64,000 bases of DNA from Takakia lepidozioides (taxonomy: Eukaryota; Plantae; Bryophyta). Each line of letters begins with the position of its first letter. Positions within the stretch are counted from its first letter, which is position 1. Under the pieces are notes generated by a model. It was given only the letters and a program-made list of their open reading frames with translations, did not search any database and was not told the DNA's origin. The position numbers were made by a program, and so were the translations under genes. Location of the stretch: assembly GCA_030704615.1 (NCBI GenBank), contig CM060732.1, positions 30,194,001 through 30,258,000 of the forward strand. The letters are read 5' to 3'. Positions 1-11,894 of this stretch are shown here, one piece after another.

Positions 1-84
1 GTTGTCCCTTGGAAGACGGGGTCATCGGGCGGAGGAGGCACAACTAGTCTTTATTACTGAACTCTAGTGCGAAGGTGGTAGAGA

Positions 85-811
85 TTGGTCCTTACAAAGA
101 AAGAGGGTATGTTAAGGTCCGTCACTATAAGATTGTTGGCGATTCTAGAATACCGGAGCGTTAGGAGCTAGCGGGGAAAAAACCCAAATCCAAAAATCGA
201 GAAAAGGCGTTGAGACAACATAACGACGACTGTTTGGTAGTGAAGTTGCAGCATCCGGGTGTTATCTCGTATTTTGCTGTGAATGCACGTGAGGTAGAGG
301 GTTAACTCGTTGGTGGAATGGGGGGACAATACGCGACATGCTGAACCTTGACAGAAAATGGGGCAACGATTCGGACAACAAGGTGATTTTGGAACAAAGG
401 GGAACGGAAGCAAAGTTCCAAGAATGCGATCGCTTGCTTCGTTTCCGGAAAGTGCGCAGTAAACTTGCATTGGCACTGGTGTGCATCATGGATGTTGTCC
501 ACAAGAACGGTGTCTTGCACAACAACTTGTTCCCCAACAACATCTTGTTGCATTTTCCAGATGGCACCGAGGAGATCAAGATTGGGGTGTGTGATTGGGG
601 CTTAGCCACCCCATTGGGCATACGCAAAGCCTCGTCGTACCAGTTTGAAAACCAAGACAAGTTGGACCGGGAACTCGCGAAAAGATGGTGGGTGGAAAAA
701 AATATTGCATCGGTTTTCAATATGAATGTCACGCCCCCCCCAGGACATGACGTCGGAGGCTTTTGCCGTTGGGAAGATAGCGGTACGAATAAATGGCGGC
801 GTTCATTATGA
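85..811 (+). pseudogene. Degenerate protein kinase-like ORF with stops and frameshifts
   Basis: Translation gives LQHPGVI, WWNGGTIRDML, HKNGVLHNNLFPNNILLHF (catalytic-loop-like, D replaced by N) and IGVCDWGLA (DFG-like). The 5' part is broken by stops and frameshifts. The start is approximate. Confidence 0.7.
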
Positions 812-1040
812 TCAAAGTATGTTCCAGGACCAATTTACGGGAGGTTGTTGGCATTCAATGATATAAAGGTTGTACGACAACAACAAGAATGAGAGAGTCA
901 CATTTTCGGTTCATGGCTCAATTGGCCTGAGCCGAAAGACGTATATAGGACAGAGTAGACCATAGTTTCGTAGATATGACATTTCTGGCGGTACAATGGT
1001 TCTTTTATGAAGACATAACTCAATTTTGATCGTGCATGTA

Positions 1041-1575
1041 ATAAATAAAGTCCCATTGTAAATACTACATTGCATATGCTCGACCCTGGCACCTGTCATC
1101 GCAACATAAATGGTTTGTGTACTGGCTCACTGTTTATATTTGTAATGTTCCAAGGTTTCGGATAGGGTTATGAGAAAACAATGTATTAGTTCCGTAGGAG
1201 TTAGACAACAAACGTCTTCTCTCATTCAACTGTGCGACACTGTCATGAGAGGCATGGATCGGAAAGTAATAGGTGCACATGCGACCTCCGAACGTTTGAT
1301 ACTAGGTCTCTACTTAAACGTGTGGAGGTCGCATGTACACCTATTACTTTTTTATCCATGCCACTCATTGTAGTATCACACAGTTGAATGAGATATGGAA
1401 CGTTTGTTGTCCAACTCCTATGGATCCAATATATCATTTTCTCAGTACCATGTCAGAAACATTGAAACATTCGCAAATACAAACAGTGCCACAATACACG
1501 GCCGATTTTGTTGAAATGACATTTGTGAGGTTCGAGCGTATGCAATTTATTATTTACAACGGAATTTTATTTACT
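1041..1575. repeat. Long imperfect inverted repeat (hairpin 1), loop about 1298-1315
   Basis: The inner arm 1195-1297 is the reverse complement of 1316-1422 (e.g. catgcgacctcc / ggaggtcgcatg). The outer arms 1041-1178 and 1437-1575 still align at lower identity. The ORF track shows homologous translations on opposite strands (1170..1373+ vs 1243..1437-). Confidence 0.9.
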
Positions 1576-1645
1576 CGGGGGACCGGTACTGCTGTTGGAG
1601 CACAACTGATGGTGCGAGTTCTCTATTGATTGGAGCTGTCACAAC

Positions 1646-2015
1646 CAATGTCAACAATCATATTTACGGTAAGGTGTTTCATGCTATTGTTGTTCCTGTA
1701 GCTGAATTTTGTAGTACTCTTTTTGCTATTCCCATGCCAATGTCCTCTGAGACTGTCATGTTCAAACGGACGTATCAGCCACCCCGGCCAGGTTGCAGGT
1801 TGGAGCCATGGCCCACCATAAATTGAATGAATTGAAGATTTTGTGCGAAGTTCCTAGTTTCATGTTCGTGGTGGCTGATACGGAATTCGGAATATGGCAG
1901 TCGCAGTGGACCTGATGTTGTTGGCATGGGAGTAGCAAAATGATTCCTAAATAATTCTGCTACATGAACATCGGCAGTATGAAACACCTTGCAGTACATA
2001 TAATTCTTGATATTG
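1646..2015. repeat. Long imperfect inverted repeat (hairpin 2), loop about 1784-1869
   Basis: cgtatcagccacc (1771-1783) pairs perfectly with ggtggctgatacg (1870-1882). tttgctattcccatgccaa pairs with ttggcatgggagtagcaaa, and aaggtgtttcat with atgaaacacctt. Confidence 0.9.
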
Positions 2016-2073
2016 TTTGCACGGATTATTTGTGTTTGTGTTTTCAAGTGGCGAACATTTCCGCCATGGTGCG

Positions 2074-2189
2074 GAAGACGTGCATTGGCCACATTAAACG
2101 GTTGATGTGATACCATTTCACAAATGTATCACATCGCATTTGTGAAAATGTATCATATGAACCGTTCCATGTGGCCTACGGGAGTCTTC
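2074..2189. repeat. Imperfect inverted repeat (hairpin 3), loop about 2127-2136
   Basis: tttcacaaatg pairs with catttgtgaaa. The stem extends through aacggtt/aaccgtt, ggccacat/atgtggcc and gaagac/gtcttc. Confidence 0.85.
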
Positions 2190-2320
2190 GATGGGTACGA
2201 GATCAATGTGGCCTACGAGATGTGCTTCCACCAACAAACATGTGATCATTTCAGAAGCGCTAGAACTTTGAAGCGACGATGGGCAAGGTTCTTCATCCAG
2301 ATGTTCAACATGCTGAGGTC

Positions 2321-2607
2321 TTCTGTAATGTCTCTTGCTTCGTAATGAGGTGCTTCTCCAACTCTTATTTTTCCAATGTTAATATCTTCCATCTGGAACA
2401 TATCCACACATGCGTATATAACTTAAAAAACCAAATGACCATCAAAACTGGAAGTTGGGGATGAGGCTTATAAAAGTTGAGATGGTCACTTGTTTTTTAA
2501 GGATTTCTGCACACATATGTGGATCTGTTCCAAGTGGAGAATATTAACATATTGGATAAAGTGGACATGGAGAAGCACCGCATTACGAGGCATGAGACAC
2601 TACAAAA
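2321..2607. repeat. Long imperfect inverted repeat (hairpin 4), loop about 2450-2474
   Basis: tcgtaatgaggtgcttctcca pairs with tggagaagcaccgcattacga, atgttaatat with atattaacat, and cttaaaaaac...tgaccatc with gatggtca...gttttttaag. Confidence 0.9.
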
Positions 2608-5193
2608 AGAGCTTCAAAAGGCATACCATGTAACAGGTCCCAGTATAATCGAAGACGAAACCCCATTCATTCAATGGGCGATTGAATGGTTGTGTAGTGA
2701 GAATGCAGGGGAGTGACATTGAAAATTTTGTTACTTGCTCAGATTCTTCATTTCCACAAGAAAGGGCCCTAGTACCAATGTGAAAATAGGTTGAGTTGTC
2801 CCTGCAATTTATTCCATACATGTTTCTAGGTTACATCATGGGAACGATGGGGAACTCTTGGCCAGGATGAAAGTGACTAAGTCGTGACCAGACGTATTTT
2901 CATCCGGGCGATGAATGGATTACATCCATGCTTACTGGATGACTCCCAGGAACGAGGACAAAGGATCCTGTGCCAAGGATGCAATGAATTTGTGATTAAC
3001 TCTGTTAATGAAACCTAGCACGTTTTCCGTTCGTGAAAGTGGATGACTTTCATCACTGGCGGTTACCCTAGAAATGTGGGACAAGGAAGACGAAGGGGCA
3101 GATGACGGGGGCTCTGAGCAGATGTTGCGAACAGTGGAATTAGCAGGGCATTGTGTCAAGGGCGATTGCATCTACGCTGAGGCATCTGGCTTGCATTAAG
3201 GGAAGTGTTAATGTAGAGGATAAGGGCACAGCTTGGTAATCTGTGCAGCAGGGAAAGCGGTGCCGCCATCTTCTTGGTAATGATCGATTTCTGGAGGATA
3301 TGCTTATAGGGAGATCGGCGTGGCATGCGATGGAGCAATCAGTTAACAGGTGGTGCCATCGCTGCTATGATGAATGGGTAGCTTAGGGTTTGTTGGAGGA
3401 TAATCGTGCAGGGAACAGCTAGGTAATTTGTGCTCAAGCCAGGTGAAGGGAGGCGGTGCAGTAATCGTTTCATAGCTTTGAAGAAAGGGAGTGCTGCAGG
3501 ACGATTCATGAAGGGCAAGGGAAGTAATATCATGTGCTACTGACAGAAGTAATGAAGGCATAGAGGCGGTGCTCTGCCAGGGAATCACAATCAAATGCTA
3601 GTTAAGGTGAAGGAACAGCTCGACATGACGAGCATCTGCCAGAGGTAGGGTGTGCAAACTGATACTGCCGCCATTGCATTCATGTGCGATTATTGAAAGC
3701 TGCACTTGTGGGAGAAGCAATTGCTGCCAGATGACGGGCAACGATGGGATTACTGACTTGGCCACATGTTGACTGGTGCAATCGCCAGAATGAGGGCATT
3801 GGCTTGTGGACAGTGAATTAGGTTAATCTGTAAATAAGGAGGCAAAGAGTGAAATGTACAGAGCAAGAAGCTTTCAGATGATGACTGTCTTCTTGTTATC
3901 ATATCAGATCTTAGGGTAGATTAGCAGAGATGGTGGGATAGGGTAGTTAGTTGGCAAGCGACAGGGTTACTGCCATGGGCTGAAGCAGAGCCGTCATGAC
4001 TCACTGAACGCTTGAATCGACAAATATCTGAAAGGTGGAGTGGCAGAGCGATGACAGGATCTGACATGCATAGATCTTTGTTTTTACAACGTAGCATTCA
4101 GACGACAAGAGGAGTTAGGGTAGCTGCTGACAGAGATGGTGAGGTGCCATTTCGGGCAGGCAATCCCACCGCTTTACCTGGAGTATAAGACAGCTAAGTT
4201 CGTAGATGCATGGCTCTTCTCTCAGACTTAGGAATAGAGGCTTCTTCTTCTTCCACTTAGGAATAGTTGCTATGGAATTTTGGTAGAGACACTCTCAATG
4301 GAAATGAGAGAGACAGAAAAAGATTTTGGAAAATGGAATGGAGACTTCTGGAATTCATACCAGTCCTGGTGGTAGAGAGAAAGTGAGGCAGGGTGGAAGT
4401 TATGTGGAGTGCTGCAAGAAGTTGGGAAGTCAGTTCTTAACATATGATGTTTCCTGTTTTGGGAGGATGTGAATGAGGGAGAGTAAAGAAGAAGTGCGCC
4501 CATGACTTACAATGAGGGCAGCATGCATATAATTAGGTTAGGCAGTAGCATTTTCAGAGAGAATGAATCAGGTGGAAGTAAACCTGTTGGCTGCTGATTG
4601 CATGATATACTTAGAAGAATGCAGGGCTGAGGCCTGCAACAGAGAAGATCACTTGAGGGTGATTATTGGTAGCCCATTTGTATCTACAAGAAAGGATTGA
4701 GAGGGTTGAAAGTGTCATATGTCCTTGATGCAAAGGGATGGGGAAAAGAGATCTTGAAAGAGGAATGGTGGATCATCAAAGTGAGGCTATGTGTGTGGAA
4801 AACCCAGGTTGTAGTTGAACCAGTGACCACAAAACTTGATGTGTATTTCATGGAACTGGCCTGTCAGTATTATCAAGTGATTGCCATTCATGGGTGCTGG
4901 CTAACCTGATTTTGTGATAATGTATGTGTTGAAACATTTAGGAAACAGAACCCTGGCATATGCAATACCCTGTTTATAAATGAGCCAAATTATAAATTAG
5001 AGAAACTTCTCAACCCCTGTCCATGTCTTCCCTTCCGCTGCGGCGTGGATAAGGCTACCCAATCTCTGATCATGAATAGAGTAGAAGTAATTACCTGTGG
5101 TGTGAGTCATAGGGCAGTAAGGGTATATTTGGGTAAGGAACAATTTAGGAGTTAACTAGAAGGGGATTTATGCCCCATTCTTTTCACACTACA

Positions 5194-5545
5194 GTTGCCC
5201 ATCCAAATGATTTTCGTTTGGTTTTCAATCTTTGCCACTATGTTCAACATACCATGTATTAGGTCCCGGACTAATATCAGATCAATCGAAATTCATTCAA
5301 TGGCTCAACGGATGGTTGGCCATCGAAATGATTTTGTTTCGCTTTGAGACTTGGCCACTATGTTCAATGTGCCATGTAAGAGGCCCCAGAGTAATATGAG
5401 ATCAATCGAAATTCGTTCAATGGGCCAACGGATGGTTGCCCATCCAAATGATTTTCGTTCGCTTTGAAACTTGGCCAGTGTGTTCAATGTACCCTCTGAT
5501 ACGTCCCAGTGTAATACAAGATCAATCGAAAATCGTTCGATTGTC
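5194..5545. repeat. Tandem array of an ~120-bp unit (3 copies)
   Basis: Unit starts gttgcccatccaaatgattttcgtt at 5194, 5315 and 5435, and each copy contains gatcaatcgaaa. Confidence 0.9.
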
Positions 5546-6215
5546 CAATGAGGCGTTCACTTGTCATCTTGTTTTTGTTCAATGCGAAAAAGAAATCCTG
5601 CAATGCGTGCACGGCTATTGCACCCATTGAACAGATGTGGTTGAAGCCCCTCTTTTGCCCGCATGTGCTTGAACATGTGTGCGACACATGTGCGGAGACA
5701 CAACAGACGAATAAATCATTTGCCTCCCCATCGACGCGCTCCCCCCTCAAGCCATTCCACAATTTATTTGAATTTAAATTTATTTTAAGCCAATAAATAA
5801 GTTTACACTGCCTTTTAGTGGGGGTTTCTGGCACGTATCGATTTTGTTTTTGGCTCAATTTTGTTCTGCGGCTTCCAGCATCCCACGACTACTCCCCCGC
5901 CAAAATTTGGACCAATCAAAAATGCCCCCCAAAAAAAGTGTTCTCTTTCGCTCACTATTGCAGAACTCTCTATGAAAAGTGCAAAAAATAGAACACAAAT
6001 CAAGTTTGGAGTGCAAAACAGGGAGAGAAACTGTGGTTTTGGGTCCAAATGAATTTTGATCGCTCCCAAATTTGGCACGCACGTTGCATATGGCTACATT
6101 ACACGCCCCATTAAAAAACAGAATGAAAAAAAAATTGTGAGCACGCGAAACACAGTCCAACAAGTCCCAAAGCAATAGCAGCTCCAACAGAATACATTCA
6201 ACGGGTGAACGGATG

Positions 6216-6545
6216 GTTGCCCATCCAAATCATTTTTGTTAGCTTCCAAACTTTGCCAGCACGTTCCAGACAGGTCTCGGACTAATATCAGATCAATCGA
6301 AATTCATTCGATGGCTCAACGGATGGTTGGCCATCGAAATGATTTTGGTTCGCTTTGAGACTTGGCCACTATGTTCAATGTGCCATGTAAGAGGCCCCAT
6401 AGTAATATGAGATCAATCGAAATTCGTTCAATGGGCCAACGGATGGTTGCCCATCCAAATGATTTTCGTTCGCTTTGAAACTTGGCCAGTGTGTTCAATG
6501 TACCCTCTGATACGTCCCAGTGTAATATGAGATCAATCGAAATTA
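6216..6545. repeat. Second array of the same ~120-bp unit (about 3 copies)
   Basis: 6276-6541 is nearly identical to 5265-5530 at an offset of about 1011 bp. The ORF track gives near-identical 60-aa translations at 5305..5487 and 6316..6498. Confidence 0.9.
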
Positions 6546-7324
6546 TTTTGTGCTTTGAGAACTTTGTGGGTATGTTCGTAGAAATATCATAGATTTTGCG
6601 AAATGATTATGAAATACGTAGGGACCAGGCGAAATTTGTTTGGAAGAGGACCGTTCGTAACTCGTTATAACTTATTTGTTAACATCAATTTTCCTTGTTC
6701 TCCAGCTTTCGGAGTTCATTGCAAATACCCATATACACGTCATGACCAAATATGACACCATTGTAAATTTGTTTACAGGGTGAACTACTTCTTCCCCATC
6801 ACACAAGTGTAAATGTGAATAAAACGCTGCTCATGCAATTGAAATTGGCAGGTGCCGCACATGTGCATTGTGTATTAACAAAATTGGTGATATTCAAACT
6901 TGGCGGAATGTCATCACTGTGTTTTCCAACAATATTCAAGGTACAACAAAAATGCATATTATATATATACTATGCTGCCAGTCATTCAAAGCCTAATCGT
7001 CACTGTCCGAGGATGTGGAATTTGATGTTGTGGCCTAATTTGCACTGCCAATTGCCAGAGCTTGCGACCATGATCTCGTGGTCAATGAGGGGCCCAATGA
7101 CATGTGATCAATTATGGCCTGCATCTGCCTACTTCGCGGCGAAAGTTGACTTTCTTCTTCACTCTCACGACGTGGCGGAGGTGGATCGAGAACAAGTGCT
7201 CGGGCTGCATGCAAATCGGCAACGAGGCCGTCCACATTCGGCAATACAGCCCCCGAAACACGATGATAACGGTCTGTCCATAATCACCTCCATTTCTCTA
7301 CAACTGCCTTGATGGTACTTTAAT

Positions 7325-7490
7325 AAACGACCGCCAACATAGGCGGTCGCTTCATTTTAAAAAAATAAAAAAATAAAAGCGACCACCAGCATTGGTGATC
7401 GCTTCATTTTCAAAACATTTAGAATAAATAAACGACCGTCAACGTAGGCGGTCGCTTCATTTTCAATTTTTTTGAAAAAATAAGCGACAA
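7325..7490. repeat. Subterminal motif cluster (gcgaccgcc / ggcggtcgc) 3' of the transposase
   Basis: Repeated head-to-head cgaccgcca...ggcggtcgct motifs separated by AT-rich spacers. Confidence 0.75.
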
Positions 7491-7729
7491 CACATACACG
7501 GTCAATACTCATAGTGACAATGATCACATTGGTATTACTTCAGTACAGAAATATAAACATGTCCACTAAAAAGTACTGATGCATGCCTACACCTATTTTG
7601 CTTCAATTCCTTCTACTGCTTCGACGGTGGGACGAAGAAGATCCTAATCCTAATGCTCCGATGGGTTGAAAATCCGGGTCACCCTTGACTTCATCACCGT
7701 TGCCATGATCAGTGCTGGAATCGTCCTCC

Positions 7730-10560
7730 CTATCCGACCTCATATGTCCAGGCCTTTGAATCTGCAAGCGACCTCGAACCACATTTAGTTCTCTCTGAGG
7801 TCGACTCCCGCTCCGGTCTTGAATACCATCTAGTATCTGGCCTGTTTGTGGGCCGATCGCCTACAAAAAGTTGGACTGTTCTCTGTCGTTTATGGACTTG
7901 GGACGCAATCGAAGGTGGTCTCAAAGGAGGTACCGGAGGGGGGACTGCCCGAGATGGACCGGCATTAGATGGTCCGGCATGTGAGGAACCACGGGTCTGC
8001 TGCGCAACACGTCGGTTAAGGTGGAATTTTAGTGGCAGGTTGTCACCATCCGAGGCTTCAACTTCCGCCCGGTCCAATGCAGCAGAATGATGCATGCGTG
8101 TGGAAAACAGATCAATCCTGTTGCTCCTTAATGCCCGTTGTGTTGATGGGGAGCTGGATCGGTTTTGGCATTGTGGTAGAGCTGGTCGTATCGGTGAGAC
8201 ATGATCCCGTCCCGTCGACTGTACAATGGGTTCGACACCATCATTTGTATGAACAGGGTTGTGTACGTCGATCGGTCCTGGTAGTACATCACCCCTAAGC
8301 TTCATTGGGGCACTACCGGTGGCTTCAGCGTGTAGTGGGGGACGAGGGTCGACCCCAACTTCATTTTGAGGACCATATTCTGGGGATGACACAATTGCAG
8401 CTTCACCTTCATCTGCGATACGCACTTCTTTAAGAAGGTAATCAAAGGTCGGTTGGATATAAGCATCCTCCTCTGTGAATGTAAACGGGTCATACGCATT
8501 TTTGGGAGCATCATCGGATTCATCTTCACTATCGGAGGCAGATGATTCTCTCTGAGATGATTCTCTTTGAGGCTCAATATCGTCACTCATCGAATCAACC
8601 TCAGAAGCAGAGTATGCGGAATGCAAATTCCTCTCATACCATGCTGTAGCATCATCCGCTGCCCTCTCACGTAGCAGTCGGCAATTGATATACACATACA
8701 CCAATTTGTCAGCCCTCACGGGATTCAACTTGTTGCGAATCTTGTTGTGAACAAATGAGTAACTGCTCCAATTGCGTTTGCAAGATGAGGCTGAGCACAC
8801 TTGAACAAGAATATGTTTCACAATGGGAGCCAATGTTCTTGCTCAAGCTCCAATCAGATCCCACCATTCATGTGACAGCATATTGAGCTCTTTTGGATCC
8901 GGCATGTCCTCAAAAGGGTCGCGGCGATCTGAGAAGCATTGGTACTCGGATATAGCTCTCTCTGCATGGTTCGGCGGAGCCAGTCGCATGAGCACTCGCA
9001 CGAGGCCGGCCTTGGCATCAGCGTCGTCTCGGAGCATGATATTGGCGAGCAAGAATGGATTAAGCAAAGCCCCCGCATAATACAAGTCCGTTTGAACCAT
9101 CGAACGACGGTCGTAAAATGCATCCTCAGCACTGTCTGCAAGTTCAGGTTCTAAGGAGAAGGGAGGATGCCTCAAGGATTGGACGTGCTTCTCAAGATTT
9201 TGCATTAGTAACCATGCTTTGCCCATTACTGGTTGCTTTCCATCAAACTCCCACAAGACGATTAACACTGGCTCAACCATATAAACAAAGTTTTCACATT
9301 TCTTCCAGAAATCATCGCTGCGAATGTTATTTCGAACTTTTCGACTTTTGCCCAATGACTTGGCTTTTCAGGAGTCCCGCAATGTCCGTGTGTACGCATC
9401 CCATTGAGGATCGATGATGGTGTGCTCCAGACTGCTCTTCACCGTCACCAACCGATCCACCATCAAGAAGTTAGTGGCAAAACGAGTTTCGCCTGGATTG
9501 CGGAGGCTGTATTTGGATCGTGCCTCCTATATATTTCCAAAGGGATGTGGTGTGTGCGGATGAACGACACAACAGTCTTCACTCGCTTGACAAGTTGTTT
9601 CACCCACTGTTCTTTTCCCCAATCTTCCAAAAGGAGGTCAAGGATATGAGCAGCACAACCTTGATAGTACATATGGGGATAACGTGCCAACAACACGTCT
9701 GCAGTGTTTCTCATGTTAGCGGCATTGTCTGTGCATATTTGCACGATTCTATCACTTCCGACCTGTTCGATGAAGTCCGTTAATAGTTGGCATTGATAAC
9801 GTCAATCTTTCTTCTCGCCGCTAGTGTCGACCGCTCCTAAGAATTGTTCCCTAGCTAGACATACGAGCATGACATTGAACAACGGTCTGTTTGTGACAGA
9901 ACTCCAACCATCGGCACATATAGTGCTTCCATATTTTCTGATGCACTCGCCCGTCCTATCGTTGACGTTTTGGATAAGCTCGGTCATGGCGTCTTATAGC
10001 AATCATGTGCGGAGATTGTGATAAGTCGAAGGCACGTACGTGGATCAGGACTCCGAGGTTGCTCTAACAGCAGAAACAAATGCTGGAAGCCTTGCCATAT
10101 TAAATGGTATGTTGGCATCGAAGAAAAACTGCGCCCATTTTTTATCCAACTGTCTTTTCGCAGACAAGTTAAGACATTCTTGCATGGATTGCTGCCGTAA
10201 TCCTCTACTCCGTTGAAGTGTAGGGGTACAAAGAGGTGTTGAAGCAGGTGTTGCTCCGGCACAACCCACTTGTCCATGGACACCCGAAGCCTCACAAGAT
10301 TCGCCCTAGGTACTAATCGGGGCATCCTGACAGGAAGATGGAGTGTTCTGCTCAGAGGTCATGTCCAGATCCAAAGACATTGGAATATTGCCTCCACACT
10401 GGGCAAATTGGCTTTTTACCCGCATAGACGCTTTGGGGCATAAACCCACCCCAGCGCTCTTCACACCTTTATAGCCGAGGTGAGCGAGCAACCGATCCTT
10501 ACGATAAGAAAGCTTTAATCCACATAGGTTGCACTCAACACTATCAGTGTTCGAGATTGT
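7730..10560 (-). mobile_element. Degraded hAT-superfamily (BED finger, DUF659, hAT dimerisation) transposase
   Basis: Fragments in order: VECNLCG..LLAHLG (BED-like), FFFDANIPFN, TICADGWSSVTNRPLFNVM, QICTDNAANM..GCAAHILDLLLED, FWKKCENFV, LYYAGALLNP, EWWDLIG, SASSCKRNWSSYSFVHNKIRNKL. There are several frameshifts. Confidence 0.9.
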
Positions 10561-11019
10561 CGTATACCAAGGGCTTCATTCCTCCCTCATCTTCACCCAA
10601 TATCCACTCTCCTGGGACCTAGCGATGCAAGCAACAAAAAACAGTCACCTATAAATGAACATGTTGTGAATGTAGAGTACAATGCGATAGCCCAACACTT
10701 CTACACCTGTCAGCAACCCAAGTGGGTCGATGTGGGTTGTAGTGTTGAGCTTATACACAATCTGCTGAAGTGGCTTTGGTGGAAGTCACAACGGCAAAAG
10801 GTGCGCACCCTCCTCTTGGGCTACACTCTTGTTCAATGGAAGAGAACATTCAAAGCAACCTCAAGTGTTTGTGCCAAAAGAAGTGAGGAGCTTGGTGACC
10901 CTCCTCCATTATATATGATCCAACAGGGTGAAAGTGAAATGAAAGTAAAATGAATACATGATAAACCAATAGCGCCCACCCAAAAAAGGCTGTACAACCA
11001 TATTTGTTGTAATTTTGAA

Positions 11020-11826
11020 ATTAAGCGGCCACTAATACTACGGTCCGTATTTTTATTTTTTTTATGAAAAACAAGCGACCGCCACTACTGCGGTCGCTTT
11101 TATTTCCTTTCATTTTGTGCAATTTTGCTGTCACTTTTATTTTGTATATTTTTAAATTTAAGCGATCGCCAAGATAACGGTCGTTATTTCTTTTTTTAAT
11201 TCGAAAAATAAAGCGACCGCCAGTGTGACCGCCAATCTTGCTTTTATTAAAAATAAATTTGAAGCGACCGCCAATATGGCGGTCGTTTTTTCTTTTTTTA
11301 ATTCGAAAAATAAAGCGACCGCCAGTGCGACCGCCAATCTTGCTTTTAAAAACAAACAATTGAAGCGAACGCCAATACGGCGGTCGTTTTTTTAATTTCG
11401 AAAAACAAAGCGACCGCCATAATTGGCGGTCGCGTTCATTTTGTTAATTTTCAAAAATGTATTTGCCACCGTGCGACCGCCAATATGGCAGTCGCTTGTT
11501 TTTTTTTAAAAATTAGGCGACCGCCAATACGACCGCCAATCTTGTTTTTTTAAAACAATAAATTGAAGCGATCGCAAGCATAGCGGTCGCTATTTGTTTT
11601 TCTAATTCAAAAAATAAGGCGACCGCCAATCTTGCTTTAAAAGAAAAACATTTGAAGCGACCGCCAATATGGCGGTCGCTATTTCTTTTTCTATTTTATT
11701 TCGAAAAATAAAGCGAATTGGCGGTCGTGTTCATTTTGTTAATTTTCAAAATGTATTTGCCACTGCCACGATTTCGGCGACGTGGCTGCTTAAGTGGCAG
11801 TATTTTACCTGATACTATTTTTACTA
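11020..11826. repeat. Large subterminal repeat array (gcgaccgcca / tggcggtcgc) 5' of the transposase
   Basis: Many copies of aagcgaccgcca and its reverse complement in an AT-rich context, ending at ...tatttttactag. Confidence 0.85.
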
Positions 11827-11860
11827 GAATATTCCCCGAACCTGACGTGACGGAGGTCCC

Positions 11861-11894
11861 ATCAGCGTCAGGTCTGACGTGACCTGACGCTGAT
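11861..11894. repeat. Perfect 14-bp stem with 6-nt loop inside a TGACG-rich patch
   Basis: atcagcgtcaggtc-tgacgt-gacctgacgctgat. Confidence 0.85.

Noticed and set aside
911-2716. Pairs of small homologous ORFs on opposite strands as real paralogous genes
   Set aside because: The similarity follows from the DNA inverted repeats, the frames are not preserved between arms, and no domain is recognisable.
5194-6545. CRISPR-like repeat-spacer array
   Set aside because: The units are about 120 bp and contiguous with no unique spacers, the context is eukaryotic, and there are no cas genes.
11021-11359. Repetitive basic ORFs (KIGGRTGGRF...)
   Set aside because: They are translations of the subterminal repeat array.
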